The notes beneath the pieces are model-generated. The model was not told the origin of the DNA and did no database searches. It saw only the letters and a list, made by a program, of their open reading frames with translations. From NCBI GenBank assembly GCA_044376115.1, contig JBILLK010000011.1:64001-128000 (forward strand): a DNA stretch of 64,000 nucleotides. Reading direction: 5' to 3'. Origin of the DNA: Polyangiaceae bacterium. Its GTDB lineage: Bacteria > Myxococcota_A > Polyangia > Polyangiales > Polyangiaceae. The position numbers and the translations under genes are program-made. How positions within the stretch are numbered: the first letter of the stretch is position 1; every line of letters starts with the position of its first letter. Below are positions 45,336 to 55,523 of this stretch, piece by piece.

Positions 45336-47331
45336 TTACTCCGCTACATTGATGAGACAGTCATTGCCGCAGGCATCGGCGTCGACGCTGTTGCCGTCAT
45401 CACACTCCTCGTTTCCTTCGCTCTGAACAACGCCATCGCCACATCGCTCATCGAGCACGCAGCCGGCCGCGCACTCCGCATAGCCACCGTCATTCACGCC
45501 GTCGTCGCATTGCTCCCCGAATAGACTGTTGACGTTGCCGTCCCCGCAGAACGCTCCGGTGACGCAGCCTGGAGCGCAACCATCGTAAGGGGTTACGTTT
45601 TGGCCGTCGTCGCACTGCTCGAATTCGGGTTGCAGGATCCCGTCGCCGCAACGCGGACCCCGTTTGCAGTCCGGTGTGCAGTTGCCCCACGTTCCGTCGT
45701 TCATCGCTGCACCTTGGTCGCAGGCCTCGTCGGGGGTCTTCACGCCGTCCCCGCAAACGCTTTGGCAGGTGGTCGTGGCGTTGAGGAAGTTCGACAGGGT
45801 TAGGCGATAATGCGACTCGGTGGTTTGTCGCTCAGCCTGGAACACCGCGATTTCGTAAACGTTGCCAACCTGCAGGTTCAGCTGCGCTTGGTTTGCGCCA
45901 AGATCCACGCTGGCGTCCAGCGCATCGTGAACCCCGCCAAGGTCAACAGCCAGGCGGCGGTTGATGAACACCCACACGTCGTCATCCCCGGTAAAGTCCA
46001 GAACCTCGTTGCCCTTGAACTCAAACCAGTAACGGACCTCGCTCGTGAAGTGGAAGTTCTCCGGATTGCCCTCGTTGCCCCAGCCTTGGTTGTTGATTGG
46101 GAAGAAGCTCTGGTCATCGAACTGGAATGCGCCCGAGGGAAGCTGCCCTAGCGTGAGCGTTTGCAGTATCGGTACGTTGACGCCCGGCACGTCTCGATAC
46201 CACTGGTCGAAGTTGGCTTGTCCAGTGGTGCTAACGGTGACTCCAGTGCCGTAAGGGTCGGCGTATACAGGTTTACCATCCGCGCCTAGCAATTCATCGG
46301 CGATCGCGACCTCAGTTACGATGATAAACTGTTCAAAGTCTGGATGAGCCGCTTGAAAGTCCCGGTACACCACGGGTAGCACGAGCTCGGTGGGCTCGAC
46401 CGTCGAGGGTGGACATATATAACCAGGCTCCACCTGGCAGGTGGCCGAGCAGCCATCACCAGGAGAGGTATTTCCGTCCTCACATTCCTCGGTTCCGTTA
46501 GGCAGCAAAATGCCGTCACCACACGTGGTCGTACAGGGCAATCCAGGGCTGGCCGAGCAGTCCGGCTCCGACGTGCAAAAGAGAGGCGTGCACAGGTCAC
46601 CAGAGTCGTTGTTGCCGTCGTCGCATTGCTCAGAGCCTTCGGTGATGCCATCGCCGCATACAGTCACTTCGCACGGTTGGCCAGGAACATCACACTTGTA
46701 ACCAGGCTCGAGTTGGCAGAGCTCGGAGCAGCCGTCACCCGCGGTAGGGGGCGCGTCATCATCCTCGCACTCCTCCTGTCCGGCGAGGATGCCGTCACCA
46801 CACGAAGCGGCCTCACACAACTCGCCAGGGTCGGGGCAGACCCAACCAGCCTCGATCGAACAGAGGGCCGAGCACCCATCCCCGCTGGCGTCGTTCCCGT
46901 CGTCGCAGGTCTCGGCGCCGGAGATGGTTCCGTCGCCGCAAACGATCGTCGAGAAGCAGGGCTCTCCAGGCGTGAGACAGGCGAAGCCCAACTCGACGGC
47001 GTTGCAGGTCCCCGTGCAGCCGTCTCCCGATTCGGCGTTGCCGTCGTCGCAGACCTCGGTCGCTTGTTTGATACCGTCCCCGCAATAGGGACCGGGCCCT
47101 TCTCCGCCTTGTCCGCCGCCACCAGAACTGTTGCCCCCGGTTGTAAATCCAGCTCCCTCACCACCCGCGCCGCTGCCGCCGTTCGAGCTGGCCCCGCTGC
47201 CTTCCACCACCCGTCGTTGAGCGGATTAATTCAATGTCACCACAACCAAAGGCGAGCAGCAGAGCGCTTCCCAGGAGGTGCTTCCGAAGCGAAGGAGCCA
47301 AAAATTGGAAGCGCAGAGGCATATTGGGCAT
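45336..47331 (-). CDS. Fibro-slime (PA14-like) domain protein with myxobacterial Cys-rich repeats; apparent frameshift after the lipoprotein signal
   Basis: CGDG..E.CDDGN..GDGC repeats; YRDF..HPDFE, NFDQWYRD, FFPI, NFHFTSEVRYWF, FTGDDDVWVFIN, FQAERQ. Signal MPNMP...LLLAFGC (ATG 47331) is out of frame with 45336..47210. Confidence 0.85.
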
Positions 47332-47491
47332 TGCGTCATAGTACCGAACCTTCGTGAATCGGGAAGGGGTTCGAGCTGTGAGGAGTGCGCGGCTCAGTCG
47401 CATAGTCAGATGAAATGTCGGATGGCCGCCGACCCGCATCCCGCCGACACGCGAATGTCACACGCGACGGTGCCTCGACTAGGCTCGAGCG

Positions 47492-48226
47492 GTGTTCTTC
47501 GTTCTCGACTTCGTCCGGCGCAAGCTCGCAGAGCGCGGGGCTTTCCCACAAGCATGGCGCTCCATCTTGCGCGCGCGCGTACCGTTCTATCAGTACCTCA
47601 CTGCTGACGAGAAACGACGCTTTGAGCGTAAGCTCCAAGTGTTTGCACGTACGAAGCCATTCTCCGGCGCCAACGGTATGGTGATTACGGATGAGGTCAA
47701 AGTGGTGGTGGCTGCCGCGGCGGCCCGACTCGTAATGAACCTGCCAGGTGAACACTATGGCCGATTGAATGAGATAGTTATTTATCCTTCGCACTACAAG
47801 CATAAGGACAAGCAGGGCGTCACGGTCTTGGGGGAAGCCTTTGGTCCCGGAGTAGTGGTGCTCTCATACCGCGCGGTTTTGCAGGGACTGTCGAATCCGC
47901 ATGACGGGCATGACACCGCCAGTCACGAGTTTGCGCACGCTCTCGATGCCGCCGACGGCGCCTTCGACGGCACTCCCGAACTCGAGTCGGTGGAGGCCTA
48001 TGGGCCATTCGCCTCGGTGATGACGCGGTCGTTCAATAAGTTGTCTGCCAAGGTGGGCCGGAAGCAGTCGGATTTGCTGCGTGAGTACGGCGCAACCAAT
48101 GAAGCAGAGTTCTTCGCCGTGGCCACGGAGACCTTCTTTGAGAAGCCGGAGCAGCTGCTACGACGGGAGCCAGCTCTATATGCGGTGTTAGCGGCTTATT
48201 ACCGAGCAGACCCGGCTCGGCGTTGA
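47492..48226 (+). CDS. MtfA/peptidase M90-family zinc peptidase
   Basis: EIVIYP, LGEA, HEFAHALD, YGATNEAEFFAVATETFFEKP. Confidence 0.9.
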   Translation: MFFVLDFVRRKLAERGAFPQAWRSILRARVPFYQYLTADEKRRFERKLQVFARTKPFSGANGMVITDEVKVVVAAAAARLVMNLPGEHYGRLNEIVIYPSHYKHKDKQGVTVLGEAFGPGVVVLSYRAVLQGLSNPHDGHDTASHEFAHALDAADGAFDGTPELESVEAYGPFASVMTRSFNKLSAKVGRKQSDLLREYGATNEAEFFAVATETFFEKPEQLLRREPALYAVLAAYYRADPARR

Positions 48227-48975
48227 GCTGCCTCGTCGCCAGCCTCCGGAAGTTGTTTCCAACGCAGGCCGCTGCTTATGTTGCAAACGAGTTCCCGCAG
48301 GCCGGGTGAAGCGTACGCGGCTAGCTCGTGGGGCCCTCCTCGGATCTGTGCCAACGGGCCCAACATTCCAGCGGGGGCTTTGGGCCAAGGTGACGGAGCC
48401 ATGCGTGTGTAGCGATAGACTAGTAGCGCAGCATCGACGGAAGTGGCGCACAGCTTGTCGAGCCACGGAGCGAGGGTTGCCCACAGCTCAGGGGTGAGGG
48501 AAAACGGGTCGATGTGAATCAATAGCGAAGCTGGCCTAGCCGTCACCATCCCACGCAACGCGGCCACCGCATCCTCTACGACGTTGACGTGCTGCAGTTG
48601 TTCCGTGCCGAGCTGCTCGCGCAGCTCGGCACGGGTTTCCGCATTGGCTTCGCCAAGGATTGCCGAAGCGCAATGGTCTCCCAACACATCCAGAGCCAGC
48701 CCGGCAGAGCAACGATAGCGCCCTGTCCTGGCGAACGACTCGTGTTCGATATGGGTGTAGCGTTCATAGGCCGAGTGTCGGGCGTACTCCTGTAGCTCAC
48801 GTTGCCAGCGTGTCTCGTCAGCCGTCGATTGAAGAAGGAAGCTATGGGTATCAATATAGTGAGCGCGCGTGCCGCGTTGCCTAAACGAGTGGGCTAGCTC
48901 AACGAGCGCTGCGTGTTTGAGGATGTCTCCCCGGTTGCCGACGCTGCGGGCCTGAGGATTTACAGGGCGGGCCAT
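48199..48975 (-). CDS. Divergent RlmJ-like methyltransferase-fold protein
   Basis: VGNRGDILKH and YIDTH resemble the RlmJ N-terminus (GNxADVLKH, YxDTH); IHIDPF at the motif IV position. Confidence 0.55.
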   Translation of the reverse strand: MARPVNPQARSVGNRGDILKHAALVELAHSFRQRGTRAHYIDTHSFLLQSTADETRWQRELQEYARHSAYERYTHIEHESFARTGRYRCSAGLALDVLGDHCASAILGEANAETRAELREQLGTEQLQHVNVVEDAVAALRGMVTARPASLLIHIDPFSLTPELWATLAPWLDKLCATSVDAALLVYRYTRMAPSPWPKAPAGMLGPLAQIRGGPHELAAYASPGLRELVCNISSGLRWKQLPEAGDEAAQRRAGSAR

Positions 48976-49059
48976 GTTTGGTGGAGGATAGTAGTCCTAA
49001 AGCTGCGGCTATGGACTCGCATGGGTCACTCATGTGGCCCTCGCGATGAACGCCGTGCC

Positions 49060-50850
49060 TCAACTCGCGCGATCCTCGGCCAACGGTCGATCCTCCCAGT
49101 CGGTCCAGGCCACGTCGTTACGCGCGAGGAAGGCCTTTACGGCGACGCCGATCGTGGGGAAGAACGCCGAGTCGTCGAGTAGCTCCAGCTGGGCGGGCTC
49201 TCGCTTCGAGGTCGGGGCGCTGGTCGGGCGTTTCAAGCGATAACGCAGTAGTCGGTCTTTTACTGGGTCCTTCAGCTCTGCGAAGGTTAGCTCGACCTGG
49301 CGGGTCGCTAGCTCAGCCAAGAGCTCCTCGAGCATCTCGGCAGCGGTCGAGTCGATATCGGTTATCGGCTCAGCCGCGATCAAAACCGTGCGCACGTTGG
49401 TTGAAGCACTGTCAACCTCCGCGAGCACGCGGGTGCGAAATGTATCGGCGTTGGCAAAGAAGAGCGGGGCATCCCAGCGATAGAGCAATAGGCCGGGGAT
49501 CTCCTTTGCTTCGGGGTAGCGAGTCCGATCGTGATAGCCCTTTACACCTTGAGCGCGGCCGAGCACCGCATCATGCGGACGCCAGGCTCGACGCACAAAG
49601 TCCAATAGAGACACGGCCACGGTCGCCGCAATTCCCGGAATGACCCCGACCAAAGCGATTGCTGAGAAGCCAAAGAGCGCGAGCACGAGGTCGGTTCGCC
49701 TAGCCCGATAAAACAGTAGTAAGGACTGTCCGTCGAAGATTCGCAGCGCCGCCGCGATCACGACTGCCCCCAGGGTCGCGCTAGGTAGGTTCTTGATTAG
49801 TCCGGGCGCCACGACCAGCAGCAAGCTAATGAGGAGCGCTCCCACAACCCCGGTAAGCTGGGTGCGGGAGCCAGCGGACTCGGCGACGGGAGTACGCGAG
49901 GAGCTGCTGCTAATCGGAAAGCCGCCGAACATCCCGGCGGCGAAGTTTGCCGCGCCAAGCGCTACAAGCTCACGGTTCGGATCGACGCGGTAGCCGTTTC
50001 GCGCTGCGAAGGTCCGCGAGAGTACGCTGGTATCAGCAAACGCTAGCAGCGCGATCCCCACCCCGGCCACCAGCATCTGCATCAGGTCTTCCGCGCTGAC
50101 TGCCGGCAGCGCGGGCAACGGCAACCCGCGCGGGACTGCTCCGACGACGACCAGCCGCGAAGACCAGTCGAATGCGGTCACGACCAAGGTCGACAGGCCC
50201 ACCGCCAGTAGTACACCGGGCATCTTGGGAGCTAGCCGGCGCAGCCCGAGGATCAGCATTAGTGATCCAAGCCCCAATCCGAGCGCCTCCGGCTTGCTGC
50301 GGCCGGCCGCTACCCCGCGGATGAAGCCTAAGCAACCCTCCACCACGCCGCTGGCCTTTACACTAAATCCACACAGCTTGGGTAACTGTGTAATCAGTAC
50401 AGTGAGCGCAATGCCGTTGGTGTAGCCAACGCGCACAGGCTTCGAGAGCAGCTCGGTGATGAAGCCGAAGCGTGAAAGTCCCATCACGGCGCAGGTGACT
50501 CCGGTGATTAGCGCGAGACCGCTACCCAAGGTTGCTGCGCGCTCCGGACTTTCACTTCCCGCCGAGGCGACGATTGCTGCCGCGATCAGCGCTGCCAGGC
50601 CCGAATCTGGGCCGAGTACCATAACCCGCGATGGGCCAAAGAGTGCGTAGACCAAGAGCGGAATGATGGTGGCGTAAAGCCCCGTGACGGCTGGAAGGCC
50701 GGCCGCTTCGGCGTAGCCCATCCCGGCGGGTACCAAGACGGCGGAGACGACCAGCCCGGCTACGAGGTCGTCGCGTAGCCACGCCCGCTTATACCCGAGT
50801 AGCGTATGCAAACCAGGCAGATAGCGTTCAATCGCTTCTGTCGTCTTCAC
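49060..50850 (-). CDS. SulP/SLC26 anion transporter with STAS domain
   Basis: DLVAG...VPAGMGYAEAAGLP..GLY, NRELVALG, SSSRT, PLFFANA, IDSTA. Confidence 0.95.
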   Translation of the reverse strand: MKTTEAIERYLPGLHTLLGYKRAWLRDDLVAGLVVSAVLVPAGMGYAEAAGLPAVTGLYATIIPLLVYALFGPSRVMVLGPDSGLAALIAAAIVASAGSESPERAATLGSGLALITGVTCAVMGLSRFGFITELLSKPVRVGYTNGIALTVLITQLPKLCGFSVKASGVVEGCLGFIRGVAAGRSKPEALGLGLGSLMLILGLRRLAPKMPGVLLAVGLSTLVVTAFDWSSRLVVVGAVPRGLPLPALPAVSAEDLMQMLVAGVGIALLAFADTSVLSRTFAARNGYRVDPNRELVALGAANFAAGMFGGFPISSSSSRTPVAESAGSRTQLTGVVGALLISLLLVVAPGLIKNLPSATLGAVVIAAALRIFDGQSLLLFYRARRTDLVLALFGFSAIALVGVIPGIAATVAVSLLDFVRRAWRPHDAVLGRAQGVKGYHDRTRYPEAKEIPGLLLYRWDAPLFFANADTFRTRVLAEVDSASTNVRTVLIAAEPITDIDSTAAEMLEELLAELATRQVELTFAELKDPVKDRLLRYRLKRPTSAPTSKREPAQLELLDDSAFFPTIGVAVKAFLARNDVAWTDWEDRPLAEDRAS

Positions 50851-50953
50851 GGAGTTGAGCGTGCGTTGGCGAGGCTAATGATCATGCGGGCGCGTAAGTA
50901 TGCGCCCTCCCTGCGCCCGAAGATACCTCTCGCGCAGCCTGCTCTGGACTCCG

Positions 50954-52852
50954 CTACATTGCCGGCTTTCGCAACCGGAAGAGTCCCCCGCTTTCTGTGA
51001 AGTAGAGCGCTTGGGCGTCCTGCTCGAACTCGCCAGCGAACGAGCCTTGCAACGCGTAGCTCGCGATGAGGGAGGCGGCGTTGGCCTGGGGGCCGTTTGC
51101 TTGATTGAGCGTAGCGATTGCGGCAGCGTAGATACTTACGACCCCTCCGGCGCGGGCGGCGAAGAAGAGGGTCCCGCCGTCTCGCAACACGGAAACGGGG
51201 CCAGCTGAGCCGAGGTCGAACACGCGAACGAGGTTATTGTTCGCCAGGTCCATACGATAGAGGCCCAAGGTGCCCTCGATAGCAAAGTAGAAGGCCCGCG
51301 TGCCAGCGGCGTCGAGGGCGAAGGTGTGTCCCGCATCGTCTGCGTTCTGCGCGATCGGGAAGCCTGTGAAGGTCGTTTCGGAGACATTGGTGGCGAGGTT
51401 GATTCGCTGCAGGTGCCCTTGTGTGCCCTGTGTGCTGATCGGGTGGACGATCACCTTGGTGGCGTCGCCTGGTAGCGCGATCATTGAGCTCGGATAGGCC
51501 GAGCTGAAGCACACGACGTCCGTTGGGGCGCTCGGGTTCCTACGTAAACAAGTACCCGTACCGAAGTAGGTGGTACCTGCGTGTTGCTCGATCAGGCTGA
51601 GCCCGCCAACCGTGGTTGCGTCCGTGAATGTGCCGAACGCTCCGACGCGCAACGGCCCGTTGCCAAAGCGATAACCGAACGCGAGGTTGTTGGCGACGAC
51701 CGAGATAGGAAAGCTGCTTAGGACCGGGTTGAGCCCAGAGTTCGCCGTGCCAATCGCGGAACTCTGCGTTGGGTCGAAGCGGTGGAACACCCCATTACCG
51801 AGCTCCAGGGAGTAGAGTTGGCCGCTGGTTGCGTCTAGGCCCACACTTCGGGTCGTACCAAGAGCGAGCGAGCTTGCTGCAGCCGCCGGCTGACAAAGCC
51901 CAGCGACGCAGGCAGCGCCGGGAAAACCAGCCGTGCTGCAGGCGTGGTCGCACTGGCCGCAATGCAGTACGCTGTTTTCGAGCGTGACGCAGCTGCCGTT
52001 GCAGTCCACCGTGCCCGCGTCACAAGTGCACACTCCTGCAACGCAGCTGCGGTCGTCGCTACAGGCGTTGCAGGCCGCGCCACAGTGGGCGTCGTCTTCG
52101 TCGTCATAACAGCCGGTGAGCCCGCTGCACGCGTGCGTGCCGCCAGGGCAAACGCAATCGCCTGCAGAACAGATCTCGCTGCCGTCGCAGCTCGTATTGC
52201 AGTCCCCGCAGTGGCTCTCATCGGTGGCGGTGTCGTAACAACCGTCACTCGGTGAGAGGCAATGCTCGAACCCTAGGGGGCAACAGAGGCCCGAGCGACA
52301 TTCCTCGGACGCGCTGCAATCTGTCGCACAGTCTCCGCAATGGGCTTCGTCCGTGAGGAAGTCGTAGCACCCTGGGGGATTGGAGCATTGGTCGCTGGTC
52401 GCCGGGCAACCGCAGACCCCGTTGAAGCACTCGCCGCCAGGGAGGCACTCGTCGCAATCGGAGCCGCAGTGGGCTTCATCGGTAAGGATATCGAAGCAGC
52501 CTTCAAGCCCGAAGCAAGCCGCCTGCGGGAGCTCACACCCGCCTCCGGTGCCGCCGTCGCCTCCCTGCCCAGCGCTGGCGCCTTGCCCGCCTGCGCCCTG
52601 GCCGCCCAGCCCACCCGTGACGCCGTCCCCTCCAGTTCCTCCGCTGCCTCCGCCGCCGTCTGGATTGGCGCCACCGCCAGCGTTACCGCCAGTAGCGCCA
52701 GTGCCCTCGAGGTTTGGTGCTGGAACCTCAAAAGTGCAGGCGCAAACCACGATGCATGCGGCGAGCGGTAGGGGTTGGCGAGTCAGCCAGCCCCACGTTG
52801 AAGACAAGGGCTTAACGTCCTTCAAAGGCTGACAGCTCCATGTTGGACTCAC
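50954..52852 (-). CDS. Cys-rich repeat lipoprotein with probable C-terminal beta-propeller
   Basis: VCAC lipobox; Gly linker; repeats D.AHCG.C...C....C..G.C; beta-rich C-terminus ending ALYFTESGGLFRLRK. Confidence 0.75.
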   Translation of the reverse strand: MSPTWSCQPLKDVKPLSSTWGWLTRQPLPLAACIVVCACTFEVPAPNLEGTGATGGNAGGGANPDGGGGSGGTGGDGVTGGLGGQGAGGQGASAGQGGDGGTGGGCELPQAACFGLEGCFDILTDEAHCGSDCDECLPGGECFNGVCGCPATSDQCSNPPGCYDFLTDEAHCGDCATDCSASEECRSGLCCPLGFEHCLSPSDGCYDTATDESHCGDCNTSCDGSEICSAGDCVCPGGTHACSGLTGCYDDEDDAHCGAACNACSDDRSCVAGVCTCDAGTVDCNGSCVTLENSVLHCGQCDHACSTAGFPGAACVAGLCQPAAAASSLALGTTRSVGLDATSGQLYSLELGNGVFHRFDPTQSSAIGTANSGLNPVLSSFPISVVANNLAFGYRFGNGPLRVGAFGTFTDATTVGGLSLIEQHAGTTYFGTGTCLRRNPSAPTDVVCFSSAYPSSMIALPGDATKVIVHPISTQGTQGHLQRINLATNVSETTFTGFPIAQNADDAGHTFALDAAGTRAFYFAIEGTLGLYRMDLANNNLVRVFDLGSAGPVSVLRDGGTLFFAARAGGVVSIYAAAIATLNQANGPQANAASLIASYALQGSFAGEFEQDAQALYFTESGGLFRLRKPAM

Positions 52853-52985
52853 GGTAACGCGTTCCGTCCAGACACCAATGTCAGCGCCATTTCACTGCGA
52901 TCCTGTGATCGTTCCAAGCTGCGACAGGGCCTGTAGATCGGTGCAAACGCGCGACTTTCGGGCGGTGTCTGCGCTATGAAGGCGC

Positions 52986-55523
52986 ATGCCCATCATGCAC
53001 GATGCTTGCGGTTGTCGCGCTGCAGCGCGGGACTTTGCGTTGAGCGGCGCCGAGGCGCACTACCCGCCGCACCTCGAGCTTGAGCCGACCCACCTCGAGA
53101 TCAACCTCAGCTTGGACCTGATCGCGCAGACGGCGAAAGGAGTGGTCACCACCACGGTGGAGGCGCGTCGCTCCGGCCCTCGCACGTTGCGCCTTCACGC
53201 GGTTGACTTTGAGTTGCTCGCGGTACGCGACCAAAGTGGGAAGGCGCTCGTCTATCGCTACGACGGGCGTGAGTTACTCGCGACTTGGGCTGAGCCATTT
53301 GCGACGGGCGAGGTGCGCCAGCTCCAGATCGAATACCGCGTTCAGCGGCCGGTGACTGGGCTCTTTTTCTCGAAGCCAGAGCCGGGGGCCGAGACCGATC
53401 CGTGGTTCGCAGCGACTGATCACGAGACAGAACGCGCGCGGCATTGGCTGCCGTGTGTCGACCTGCCCAACGCGCGACCCCGGCTCGACTTCAAGTTGCG
53501 CGCCGATAGCCGCTTTACCATTTTGGCCAACGGTGCGCTGGTCTCCGAAACCGCCCATGAGGACGGTACCAAGACTGCGCACTATCGGCTCGAGCAACGC
53601 TGTCCGAGCTATCTGACCTGTTTTGCTATTGGGGAGTTTGTTCGCTTTGAGGACGGCGACCACCAAGGAAAGCCGATTGCCTACTTTGCTACCAAGGAGT
53701 TCGAGCAGCACCACTTGAAGCGCTCCTTTGGTCGCACCCCGGCGATGTTGTCGTGGCTGACCAAAAAGCTTGGCTGTGAGTTGCCGTATCCCAAGTACTT
53801 TCAATTCGCGTTGCCTGGCTTTGGTGGAGCCATGGAGAACATCTCGCTGGTCAGTTGGGATGATATATTCATCTTGGACGATCGCCTCGCGGAAGAGTGG
53901 GGTTGGCTCGTTGACCAAATCAACATCCACGAGATGGCGCATACCTTCTTCGGGGATTGGGTGGTTTGTCGCGACTTTGCGCATGCTTGGCTCAAGGAGT
54001 CCTGGGCGACCTATATCGAGAGTTGCTGGCTGGAGGACAACGTCAGTCGCGACGAGGCCGACTACGACTTCTTCGCCAACGCAGCGGCCTACATCACAGA
54101 GGCGGACGAACGCTATAAGCGCCCAATCGTCACGCGTACCTTCGATCATTCGTGGAGCCTGTATGACCGCCACCTCTATCCTGGCGGAGCTTGCCGGTTG
54201 CACATGTTGCGGAGGCTCTTGGGTGATGAGGTGTTTTGGCCAGCCGTAACCGACTATCTGCAGACGTTTGGTGGTCAGGTCGTCGAGACGGATGACTTCC
54301 GCAGGGTGCTAGAGAAACACTCTGGCCGCTCACTGGTTCGCTTCTTCGACCAGTGGTTCCACAGCTTGGGCTACCCCGTCCTGCAAGTGGACTTCTCCCA
54401 TGACGCCGAGAAGGGGGAGGGGAGCTTCCGCATCGAGCAGAAGCAGGTTGATGAGAAGGCGGGCGTTAAGCTGTTTCAGCTTGAGTTAGAGCTCGCTTGG
54501 ACTGTCAATGGCAGCACCGAGTCGCACGTCGTGGAGCTTGTTCATGGCGTTCACACGGTCGTGCTCAAGATGCCTGAGGCTCCAGAGGACGTTCGTATCG
54601 ACCCAGGGTTGCGGCTGCTGATGAAGCTGGAATTCAATCCCGGCGAGGACATGCTGCGACGTCAATTGACCTGTGAATCGGTGGTCGCTCGCATTAGGGC
54701 GGGGCAGGAACTGGCAAAGACTGGGCGCTCCAAGAACCTAGAGGCGCTGCTCAGGGCTTATCGAGCTGAGCCTTTTTGGGGCGTCCGCATCCAGTGGGCT
54801 AGGGCGTTATCAAAGGCCGCTAGCGAGACGGCTCTGCGCGGGCTTGCCGAGCTCGTAGCAGAAGAAGAAATGCCGCTGGTCCTCGAGGCGTTGATGCGCG
54901 CAGCTGGTGTCCACCGTGATCCCCGCATTGCCTCGGCGCTCGAAGCGCGGTTCGACGCGGGGTTACCCTATCGCGCAGCGGCAGCGGCCATCGAAGGGCT
55001 CGGGGCACAGCGCGCCGCCGCACCGTTTGATACCATCGTATCCGCGAGCGCTTCGGATGGCTTTGGTGGCCACGTTCAAAGCGGTGCTCTTCGCGCGCTG
55101 GGCTCGTCCCGACGCCCAGAGGCTTTGGCTCTGTTGCTAGAACGTTGTCGACCGGGCGCAACGTCCAACCGAGCTCGGCCTGCCGCCGCCGCCGCGTTAG
55201 CGGAGTTTGGTCGCACACTCGACCGCGGCCCGCGCGAGCAAGTGCGCGAACGTCTCGTTGACCTCTTGCGCGACCCGCACGAACGTATGCGTAAGGCCGC
55301 TGTCCTCGCGCTCGAGACGCTCGGAGACCCGGAGGCGGCTCCCGCACTGATGGCCTATCGCTCCCGCGTTTCAGAACAGGAGCAACCTCAGATCGACCGC
55401 ATCGTGGCGGCCCTACACACTGCAACTCCGGCTACTGCATCGGAGAAGCAGCTCGAGGAACTGCAGGCGAAGATTCGTACGATGAGCGCCGCACTCGAGC
55501 GACTCGAAGCGAAGATGCCATGA
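52986..55523 (+). CDS. pepN: M1-family aminopeptidase with C-terminal HEAT repeats
   Basis: ARHWLPC.D.P, GAMEN, HEMAH...WLKE, YPGG; HEAT repeats and a coiled-coil tail. Confidence 0.9.
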   Translation: MPIMHDACGCRAAARDFALSGAEAHYPPHLELEPTHLEINLSLDLIAQTAKGVVTTTVEARRSGPRTLRLHAVDFELLAVRDQSGKALVYRYDGRELLATWAEPFATGEVRQLQIEYRVQRPVTGLFFSKPEPGAETDPWFAATDHETERARHWLPCVDLPNARPRLDFKLRADSRFTILANGALVSETAHEDGTKTAHYRLEQRCPSYLTCFAIGEFVRFEDGDHQGKPIAYFATKEFEQHHLKRSFGRTPAMLSWLTKKLGCELPYPKYFQFALPGFGGAMENISLVSWDDIFILDDRLAEEWGWLVDQINIHEMAHTFFGDWVVCRDFAHAWLKESWATYIESCWLEDNVSRDEADYDFFANAAAYITEADERYKRPIVTRTFDHSWSLYDRHLYPGGACRLHMLRRLLGDEVFWPAVTDYLQTFGGQVVETDDFRRVLEKHSGRSLVRFFDQWFHSLGYPVLQVDFSHDAEKGEGSFRIEQKQVDEKAGVKLFQLELELAWTVNGSTESHVVELVHGVHTVVLKMPEAPEDVRIDPGLRLLMKLEFNPGEDMLRRQLTCESVVARIRAGQELAKTGRSKNLEALLRAYRAEPFWGVRIQWARALSKAASETALRGLAELVAEEEMPLVLEALMRAAGVHRDPRIASALEARFDAGLPYRAAAAAIEGLGAQRAAAPFDTIVSASASDGFGGHVQSGALRALGSSRRPEALALLLERCRPGATSNRARPAAAAALAEFGRTLDRGPREQVRERLVDLLRDPHERMRKAAVLALETLGDPEAAPALMAYRSRVSEQEQPQIDRIVAALHTATPATASEKQLEELQAKIRTMSAALERLEAKMP

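Noticed and set aside
45336..47331. TraA kin-recognition receptor
   Set aside because: It has PA14-like and Cys-rich parts, but the domain order differs, there is no MYXO-CTERM tail, and no traB/OmpA gene is adjacent.
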